A stretch of 64,000 nucleotides of DNA from contig JBEBGM010000012.1 in the NCBI GenBank assembly GCA_040081455.1, positions 15,124-79,123 on the forward strand. The letters run 5' to 3'. The notes under the pieces were generated by a model. That model had not been told where the DNA came from and made no database searches. It worked only from the letters and a program-made list of their open reading frames with translations. Position numbers and translations under genes: made by a program. The DNA is from Bryobacteraceae bacterium (GTDB lineage: Bacteria > Acidobacteriota > Terriglobia > Bryobacterales > Bryobacteraceae). Positions 57,188 through 64,000 of this stretch are shown in pieces (the first letter of the stretch is position 1; each line of letters starts with the position of its first letter).

Positions 57188-60100
57188 TTAGAACGTCAAC
57201 CGCAAGCTCAACTGCATCAGGCGCGGATCAAAGGCCTGCGTGGACTTACCAAAAATTGAATTGGTCGAGTAGGTCCCGTTCGACTGCAGCGCCAGCGAAA
57301 GATCGGTGTTCGGCAGATACAGATTGACTTTATTCATCACGTTAAATGCTTCCGCGCGAATTTGCAAGGTCACGCGTTCACCCGAGATCGGGAAATTGCG
57401 GCCAAGCGAGACATCAATACTCTGGAACTGCGGGCCGCGGAAAGTGTTGCGGCCAAGCGATCCGTTCTGGCCGGGAGCCGGCGTCGGGAAGATGTTCGGA
57501 TTGAAGAGGCCATTGATGAAATCGCCCTGCGCGAAGGAGGTGGCGACCGGTGTCAAGGGTGCGTTTGGGCGGTCATAAAAGCCACCTTGCGGCGGACCCA
57601 CGGAACCTCCGCCTCCATCAAGATTGAAATCGCAGCCTTGATTGACGCCACTCACCACCTTCGAGGGGGCGCTTCCGCACCAGACCGTGAAGGGACGTCC
57701 GGACTGGAGGGTCGCGATCACAGAAGTTTGCCAACCGCCGGTGATGACGTTAAGAAGGTGGTTGTCAAACTTCTTAGACGGGGTTACCCAGAGCAAAGCG
57801 GCCGAGAAACGGTGTGGGATGTCGAACAACGAGCGCGAGTATTCGCAGCGAAGGCAAGAGACATCCTGTGCGCCGCGGCCGGGCGAGGAATTATCGGAAA
57901 ACTGGCCGTCCGAAGTATCCGAACCGTTATCCATCCATTTCGACCAACGGTAGTTCGTTTGGAACGTCAGCGACCGGCTGAAGGTGTGCCGTAATTCGGC
58001 TGTGAACGCGTGGTAGTGGGAACCAACTCCGTTGGTCACAAACAGCATCGTATCGAAGTTCGGATTGATGCGATCGGTCTTGCCATCAAGCAGATCGCCC
58101 GTGCGGCGATTAATGTCATCGATGCGCTCCAGGTTCACCCCGGTAGTGCCAACGTAGCCGAGTTCCACTGTCCAATCCTTGCGCACCTGGCGCTGGATGT
58201 TGAAGAACCAGCTTTCGCTGTACTGGACTTTGATGTTCGGATTTACGACCCACGGCGAGATTCGAATGGCCGGTTCGCCGGGACGGCTGATGAGCCCGCC
58301 CTGCGCGTTCAGGCCGCGCGCGAACTGCGGATTGAACGGAACCGGAATGCCATAAAGGATCTGGGTACCAATGCCAACGCTCGGCTGAATGACGCCGGAG
58401 ATCACATCAGGAGGATTCGGACGCGCGCCGGCGATCGACTGCTGGTGATGGGGCGCATAAGCAATACTGAAGCCCGCACGGACGGACATTTTGCCGTCGC
58501 CAAAGGGATCCCATGCGAGACCAACCCGCGGTGAAATATTGAACATGGGAACTTGATACAGCTGCTGCACGCGGCCGGCGGTTGCGTTGGCAAGTCGCTG
58601 ATCGAAGTTGTCGCCAGGTCCCCAAATAATCGAATTCAGGATGCCCGTCTTTTCCCCTGTTGGACCGTAGTAATCCTGCCGGATACCAATATTCAGGTTG
58701 AGACGGCTATTCACCTTCCAATCGTCCTGCGCGAACACGGCGTACTCGAACTGGCGAAAATAGCGGGGGACCGAGGTCGGCAATCCCGTGGAGGGGTCAA
58801 CGTTCAACGACTGCCGGAAGGGGGTGTCGGCCGCAAACGCGGAAAGGCTGGCAAAGTTGAAATTTCCGGCATTCGCAGGACCAAGCGAAAGCCCCTTGAA
58901 AATTCGCCTCCATTCGCCGCCCACGCGGAAGGAGTGCTTGCCTCGCTCCAACGTCAGTGTGTCGCGAAGTTCATAAGAACGAAGCTTCGTTCGATTGAGA
59001 AAGATGTCGCCAAAGGGAGCAGTGATGCCAGTGATCGACAACTGCGGCACAACGGCTTCTGGATTGCCACGCGACGTATCAACCACCTGCATCGAGAAGC
59101 GGGTGTCATTGACGGCACGCATGAAGACGCGCATATAGCCGAGATTCAAGTTGGAGAAGTCACCGGTGAACGGGCCGCGCTGGCCGCGAATCGCCTGCGC
59201 CAACGTGGCGAGCACATTGCTGGTCGCACCCTGATCGCCTTGCTTTTCGTTTAGCCAACGCGCGCTTAGACGATCTTTGCCTTCACGCATCGAATGGTCC
59301 ACACGCACCAGGTATTGATCATAATGACTGTAATTCTTCAGATTGACCGCCGCTTTGCCCACGGCGGGAATCACGCCCCCGGGCGTGGGCAGGTCAATTT
59401 GACCGGAGTACTTGGCGCCGTTGGTGCCCGGCAGCGGCGTGGGACCCGGGTACTTCTGGAAGAGCTGCGCGGCAACGCTATTTGGATTGGTTGCAATCGT
59501 GTAGTTCCGGAACTCCGGTGTCTCCAGCTGCAGCGTCACGGCTTGTCCTTGTACGTTGCGAGTTCCTTCGTAGGAACCGAAGAAGAAGGTACGATTGCGT
59601 ACAATGGGGCCGCCGATGTTCGCCCCGAACTGGTTGTAAATTTGCGGAGCACGTTCGGCGGCAAAGAAGTTGCGTGCATTCAATTGCGAATTGCGCACAA
59701 ATCCCCAAAGTCGCCCATGAAACTCGTTTGTGCCGGACTTTGTCGTCAGATTCACAACTGATCCATTTCCCCGGCCGTATTCGCTTGAGAAGTTGCCGGT
59801 CTGGATCTGCGCTTCCTGCAGGGATTCCGTTGTGGGAACGATGGTCGGCTCGCCGCTGTTATTGGGATTCACGTTCAAAGCACCATCCAGCACATAGTTA
59901 TTTCCGCGATAGCGGTTACCGTTCACAGTGACCACGGGTGAGTTGTTGAGCTTCGTGGAATTGGCGGAGCCAGGGATGTTCGTCGCACCGGCGCTCAATT
60001 TTGGGAGCGCGTAGATATCCCGCGAGAGAGGCAGCGCGGACATTTCGGTTCGAGTAAATGTATCGGAAAGGCGCGCTTCGGTTGAGACGGCGATCGGGGT

Positions 60101-60478
60101 GGCGCTATCGACAACGGACACCTCAGACTGCTGCGTGGCCAACTCCAGCTTGATGTTGACTTCCGTAATGCGTCCCACGTTCAACACGAATTCGCGCTGT
60201 TCCTTCGTGCCAAAGCCTGACGCACTTATCGTCAACGTGTAGCTGCCCGGATTCATTGCGGTCAAGACGAACGCGCCCGAATTGTCCGCTTCCGTGGAAC
60301 GAATCTCACCGGTTCCTTCGTTTTTCACGGCAACCTGCGATCCGCTGACCCCCGCTCCGGAAGGATCCGTAATCGATCCTTTGAGCGTGGCCTGGGTCAG
60401 TTGGGCCGAACCAATCGCCATTGACAAAGCGCACAAGAAAACGACCGCCGCAATGCGGCTAAGCGTACGTAAGGACAT
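57188..60478 (-). CDS. TonB-dependent-receptor-like outer-membrane protein with carboxypeptidase-regulatory-like domain (paralog 3, divergent)
   Basis: ORF 57188..60556; the ATG at 60478 gives the signal MSLRTLSRIAAVVFLCALSMAIGSAQ. CarboxypepD_reg-like module (GSITDPSGAGVSGSQVAV...GAFVLTAMNPGSYTLTI), and it ends ...LSLRLTF. The AhpD-like gene follows 11 nt downstream. Confidence 0.85.
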   Translation of the reverse strand: MSLRTLSRIAAVVFLCALSMAIGSAQLTQATLKGSITDPSGAGVSGSQVAVKNEGTGEIRSTEADNSGAFVLTAMNPGSYTLTISASGFGTKEQREFVLNVGRITEVNIKLELATQQSEVSVVDSATPIAVSTEARLSDTFTRTEMSALPLSRDIYALPKLSAGATNIPGSANSTKLNNSPVVTVNGNRYRGNNYVLDGALNVNPNNSGEPTIVPTTESLQEAQIQTGNFSSEYGRGNGSVVNLTTKSGTNEFHGRLWGFVRNSQLNARNFFAAERAPQIYNQFGANIGGPIVRNRTFFFGSYEGTRNVQGQAVTLQLETPEFRNYTIATNPNSVAAQLFQKYPGPTPLPGTNGAKYSGQIDLPTPGGVIPAVGKAAVNLKNYSHYDQYLVRVDHSMREGKDRLSARWLNEKQGDQGATSNVLATLAQAIRGQRGPFTGDFSNLNLGYMRVFMRAVNDTRFSMQVVDTSRGNPEAVVPQLSITGITAPFGDIFLNRTKLRSYELRDTLTLERGKHSFRVGGEWRRIFKGLSLGPANAGNFNFASLSAFAADTPFRQSLNVDPSTGLPTSVPRYFRQFEYAVFAQDDWKVNSRLNLNIGIRQDYYGPTGEKTGILNSIIWGPGDNFDQRLANATAGRVQQLYQVPMFNISPRVGLAWDPFGDGKMSVRAGFSIAYAPHHQQSIAGARPNPPDVISGVIQPSVGIGTQILYGIPVPFNPQFARGLNAQGGLISRPGEPAIRISPWVVNPNIKVQYSESWFFNIQRQVRKDWTVELGYVGTTGVNLERIDDINRRTGDLLDGKTDRINPNFDTMLFVTNGVGSHYHAFTAELRHTFSRSLTFQTNYRWSKWMDNGSDTSDGQFSDNSSPGRGAQDVSCLRCEYSRSLFDIPHRFSAALLWVTPSKKFDNHLLNVITGGWQTSVIATLQSGRPFTVWCGSAPSKVVSGVNQGCDFNLDGGGGSVGPPQGGFYDRPNAPLTPVATSFAQGDFINGLFNPNIFPTPAPGQNGSLGRNTFRGPQFQSIDVSLGRNFPISGERVTLQIRAEAFNVMNKVNLYLPNTDLSLALQSNGTYSTNSIFGKSTQAFDPRLMQLSLRLTF

Positions 60479-60634
60479 AGCACTCCCCCCCGAATGGACA
60501 CACTTCACCTGAATCCGTGAAACGCCAAGGTTTCCTTTGCGGCGTGGCTGCCGCAAATCTCCGATGGATAGGACTACAGTTTAGGGTGTAGGTTGGAGCG
60601 ACTCAATAATCGGAATCTATTACAGACTATTTGC

Positions 60635-62308
60635 CTACCCAATTTTCGTCACGGGCTTTTGCCCCTCAGTGAGTTGATAAGAACCCGATTTTAGCGTACG
60701 AATTTCGTCGGTACGTCCACTGGGCCACTCAACGACCATACGATCCGCAACCGAACGCTTACCGAGACCAAATGTTAAAGTCAATTCCGATTGCGACAGA
60801 TAGCTGGATCCCGTCTTGACCATGCGCATCTGTTGGCCGTCCGGGGTGAAAACGCGAACCACTGCGCCAATCGCGTCACGATTGGATTTCGTTCCCGTGC
60901 AGCGGATGCGCAACGAGCGATTACCAGAGGTCACATCGTTGCGATACAAATACGCCGCGCCCTGGTTGGTGGTGACTAGAACGTCCTGATCGCCATCGTT
61001 GTCAAAATCGCCGCAGGCAAGTCCGCGGGCCACTTTGGGAGCCGCGAAGTCTCCCGATGCCGATGCGACGTCACGAAACACACCTCCACCTTGATTGCGA
61101 AACAGATGTGGTGGCTGGGCGTACAACGCGGAACGTCGCACCATGCGGACGTTCGCGTCGATGTGACCGTTCACTGCAAGCAAATCGAGGCGTCCGTCGA
61201 GGTCGATATCCGCGAAGAGGCACCCGAAACCGAGGCTATTGCGCGATGCCGACCCGACGCCGGACTTGATCGCGGTATCAGCATAAGTTCCCGACATCGA
61301 AGGCCGGTACAACGCCATCATTTCGTTGTCGAAGTTGGTGATGGCGATGCCGGCCATGCCGCAGTTTTCGAAATCACCGGTGTCGATGCCCATCCCCGCG
61401 CGCGCCTTGCCGTCTTCACTGAATGCGATACCCGCATGAACACCCATTTCCGAAAATGTTCCGTTGCGATTGTTGCGGTAAAGCTTGTTGGGCTGCGTGT
61501 CGTTCGCGACAATCAAGTCCGGCCAACCGTCCTGATCGTAATCAAACATGGCGACGCCGAGCGCTTTCGATGTCACATCGAAGATGCCGCTCTTCGCGGT
61601 GACATCTTCGAAGGTTCCGTTGCCGCGATTGCGGAACAGACAACACGTCGCTCCGTGATATGCCTCCGGCGTGCAATACGACTTCGTTTTTCCATCGGCA
61701 CTGCAAAAGACATCGTGATTCGGAGACCACGCTACGTAATTGCAGACGAACAGATCGAGCAGCCCGTCCCGGTCGTAATCAAACCAAAGAGCCGAGGTGC
61801 TGAAGGTACTGAGCTCACCATGAGCACCGAGTCCTGACTTCGCGGTCACGTCAACAAAGTGGCCCTTGCCTGTGTTCTTGAATAGGCGGTTCTGGCCGAC
61901 TGCCGTGACGAAGATATCCGGCCAGCCATCGTTGTCGTAATCGCCGATGGCCAGACCCATCGCGTACATTTCCACGTTCAAACCGGCCGCTTCCGTCACA
62001 TCAGTGAACGTGCCGTTTCGATTATTCCGGAAAAGACGGAGCGTACCGCGCTGCTTCTTGTGGCCAGGCCAATCCGTTCCATTGGCGATCAGAATATCGA
62101 GCCAGCCGTCGTTGTCATAGTCGAGAAACGCGCAGCCGGGACCCATTGTCTCTGGGAGATACTTCGCGCCGAAGGCTCCGGAGTTGTGGCGAAAGTTGAT
62201 ACCCGCCGCTGCGCTGACATCCGTCAGACGGAATCCTGGATCGGCTGCTGGCGCTGCTGCAAATGTGGCCGCCGAGAGAGAACCGAAAACGAAATCGCGG
62301 CGGTTCAC
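60635..62308 (-). CDS. Tat-signal FG-GAP/VCBS-repeat protein with C-terminal ASPIC/UnbV domain (CRTAC1-like)
   Basis: 557-aa ORF with a GTG start overlapping the regulator stop codon (GTGA). MNRRDFVFGSLSAATFAAAPAA, then repeated DYDNDGWLD/DYDQDGWPD/DFDNDGDQD FG-GAP motifs and a C-terminal UnbV-like region (GSSYLSQSELTLTFGLG). Confidence 0.8.
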   Translation of the reverse strand: MNRRDFVFGSLSAATFAAAPAADPGFRLTDVSAAAGINFRHNSGAFGAKYLPETMGPGCAFLDYDNDGWLDILIANGTDWPGHKKQRGTLRLFRNNRNGTFTDVTEAAGLNVEMYAMGLAIGDYDNDGWPDIFVTAVGQNRLFKNTGKGHFVDVTAKSGLGAHGELSTFSTSALWFDYDRDGLLDLFVCNYVAWSPNHDVFCSADGKTKSYCTPEAYHGATCCLFRNRGNGTFEDVTAKSGIFDVTSKALGVAMFDYDQDGWPDLIVANDTQPNKLYRNNRNGTFSEMGVHAGIAFSEDGKARAGMGIDTGDFENCGMAGIAITNFDNEMMALYRPSMSGTYADTAIKSGVGSASRNSLGFGCLFADIDLDGRLDLLAVNGHIDANVRMVRRSALYAQPPHLFRNQGGGVFRDVASASGDFAAPKVARGLACGDFDNDGDQDVLVTTNQGAAYLYRNDVTSGNRSLRIRCTGTKSNRDAIGAVVRVFTPDGQQMRMVKTGSSYLSQSELTLTFGLGKRSVADRMVVEWPSGRTDEIRTLKSGSYQLTEGQKPVTKIG

Positions 62309-62946
62309 GCGAGGCTCACCAGGCCAGTCCGGATGGCGTAGACCACCAACTCCGCGGCGTTGTGCATGCCGAGGGCTTGCATAATGCGGGCACGATGCAC
62401 CGCCACGGTGTTGGCGCTTAAGCCGAGCACGACGGCAATGTCTTTGTTCGATTTGCCGTAGACAATCAACTGCAACACTTCGAGTTCTCGGGGCGTCAGC
62501 ACCGGAGGCTTATCGGACTTGGATTCCGCGGTTACAGCGAGACGAGGATCAAGCACCCGTCCTCCATCCCCCAGGGTCTTGACGGCCTCCACAAGTTCCA
62601 GGTCCATTGCATTTTTCAGCATGTAGCCGCGAGCGCCGGCATCCAGGCATTGACGCACGTAGACAGGTTCCGGATGCATGCTCAGCACGAGGATCGCGGT
62701 TTCCGGGAGTTCGGCCAGAATTCGCGTGGTCGCCAGAGCACCGTTCATACTTGGTAACGCGTAGTCCAGGACAATTACGTCCGGTCTTTTTTCAAGGGCC
62801 GCCGCAACGGCTTCCGGGCCATCGCCCGCTTCGGCGACCACGTTGATCTGCGGATCGTCTTCGAGCATGCGGCGGAACCCCTGGCGGACCAACGCATGGT
62901 CGTCAACAAGGACGACCGTAATCGGCTTAGGCGTGGGGGACGGCAT
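62305..62946 (-). CDS. NarL/LuxR-family response regulator
   Basis: 213-aa ORF. Receiver domain (VVLVDDH, DVIVLDYALPSMNG) plus LuxR HTH (LTPRELEVLQLIVYGKSNKDIA). Confidence 0.9.
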   Translation of the reverse strand: MPSPTPKPITVVLVDDHALVRQGFRRMLEDDPQINVVAEAGDGPEAVAAALEKRPDVIVLDYALPSMNGALATTRILAELPETAILVLSMHPEPVYVRQCLDAGARGYMLKNAMDLELVEAVKTLGDGGRVLDPRLAVTAESKSDKPPVLTPRELEVLQLIVYGKSNKDIAVVLGLSANTVAVHRARIMQALGMHNAAELVVYAIRTGLVSLA

Positions 62947-64000
62947 GCGCCTCCTCTTGCCGGGCTAAAGGCACAGCCAAACGAACCAGGGCGCCACGAT
63001 GGGTCCCTTCCCGGAATTCAATCGCTCCGTGCAAAATCTCCGCGCGCTCACGCATCGAAACCAGCCCCATCCCTTCGCGCCGCTGATGTCTGAACCCGAT
63101 GCCTTCATCTTCCACTTCCAAAATGAGCGATGCCCGCAACATCGACAGCCGCACCGACGCACGCGGCGACTTCGAATGGCGCGCCACGTTATTCAGTGCC
63201 TCTTGCAGGACCCGGTAGACATGCCCCGCGGTTGTGCCATCGACTGCGGCGAAATAGCCGAACTTCTGGTAATCGATCGCTATCCCCGTGCGCCTCTCAA
63301 ATACAGGTAAGTAAGAATCCACAGCCCCTTCCAGTCCAACCTCTTCCAGCATGACGGGGTGCAACGCCTGCGAGAGCGAACGGACTTTTTCCAGTGCAGA
63401 CTGCGTGGTTTCCTGCACCTCGCGCAAATCGGCGCGCAGCGCGACGGGGTCAAGAGATGGGCGGCGTTCGCTTCGCCGAAGCATCAGGCCGATGGCGGTC
63501 AATATCTGGCCGAATTCGTCATGCAGTTCGCGTGAAATAGAGCGAAACGTGCTGTCCTGTGTAGAGATCAACTGTTGCGCAAGTTCGCTGCGCCGGTTTG
63601 CCATTTCCGTTAGCTGATCGAACACATTGCGGTTGTAACGGATCAGATAAGCGGCCGTACCGGCAACCACGATCACCAGGGCGGCGAGGAAAAGGTAAAG
63701 ATTGTGCTCGGCACGCGTGTAGATGGCCTCTGTCTTTTCAGCAACCAATTGTTCGCCTTCGTTGTTCTGTACCAGCAGTCGGGCAACCGCGGTGGAAAGA
63801 GCGGCCTGCCGGGCCTGGAGCGATAGACGCACCTGCGCGCGAGCCTCCTTTTCGTCCGCACGGGCAAGCTCAAAAATGCGGTCAAGCGCGTCCCAAAACT
63901 GGGACATGGATGCGCGAAGGTAAATCGCCTGCTCGGGAGTTCTGGATGTGGGCGCCACATGCGCCTCTCGCTGAATGGCGTCTTCCAAATCGATGCGGAT
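62927..64000 (-). CDS. Sensor histidine kinase (HisKA_3), 5' end outside the window
   Basis: The reading frame stays open to the window edge. Only the second TM segment (LYLFLAALVIVVAGTAAYLI) is visible. H-box SRELHDEFGQILTAIGL and HATPase_c motifs. The architecture parallels the kinase at 845..2149. Confidence 0.8.
   Translation of the reverse strand: MRIDLEDAIQREAHVAPTSRTPEQAIYLRASMSQFWDALDRIFELARADEKEARAQVRLSLQARQAALSTAVARLLVQNNEGEQLVAEKTEAIYTRAEHNLYLFLAALVIVVAGTAAYLIRYNRNVFDQLTEMANRRSELAQQLISTQDSTFRSISRELHDEFGQILTAIGLMLRRSERRPSLDPVALRADLREVQETTQSALEKVRSLSQALHPVMLEEVGLEGAVDSYLPVFERRTGIAIDYQKFGYFAAVDGTTAGHVYRVLQEALNNVARHSKSPRASVRLSMLRASLILEVEDEGIGFRHQRREGMGLVSMRERAEILHGAIEFREGTHRGALVRLAVPLARQEEAHAVPHA

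Noticed and set aside
1-64000. Search by eye for tRNA T-loop signatures (GGTTCGAATCC-like), rRNA, CRISPR repeat-spacer periodicity, IS inverted repeats, transposase/integrase/reverse-transcriptase ORFs, and toxin-antitoxin pairs.
   Set aside because: None was found. This is a manual scan only, so tRNAscan-SE, Infernal/Rfam, a CRISPR finder and ISfinder-type searches would be needed to confirm their absence.

Overview
GC-rich chromosomal segment. Its gene content is most consistent with an Acidobacteriota genome (inference): three ~1,100-aa CarboxypepD_reg-type TonB-dependent-receptor-like outer-membrane proteins ending in ...TF, many Tat/Sec-exported enzymes, and three HisKA_3/NarL-type two-component pairs. 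I can support about 52 protein-coding genes, two decayed pseudogenes, several hairpin plus T-tract terminators and two candidate promoters. Housekeeping anchors are uvrA, ruvA-ruvB, folK, rsmE and an lpd-lipB-E2 operon. By eye I found no rRNA, tRNA, CRISPR array, transposase/integrase or phage genes, so the window looks like core chromosome with embedded uptake/processing loci, not a mobile island. The most unusual content is a co-directional minus-strand locus (about 51.8-64 kb). It contains a kinase/regulator pair coupled to a Tat-exported FG-GAP/ASPIC protein, a TBDR-like porin, an exported tandem AhpD-like protein, a Tat-exported thiamine-diphosphate enzyme next to a cytochrome c, and an exported dienelactone hydrolase with a Met/His-rich linker. 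Other points worth a second look: a secreted protein with a plant-type EXORDIUM/Phi_1-like domain, a decayed Bcr/CflA MFS remnant hidden in an 'intergenic' region, a paralogous TBDR pair each next to a Tat-amidohydrolase (one reduced to a remnant), and tandem small aromatic-repeat secreted proteins. All family calls come from motif recognition by eye. No database search was run.
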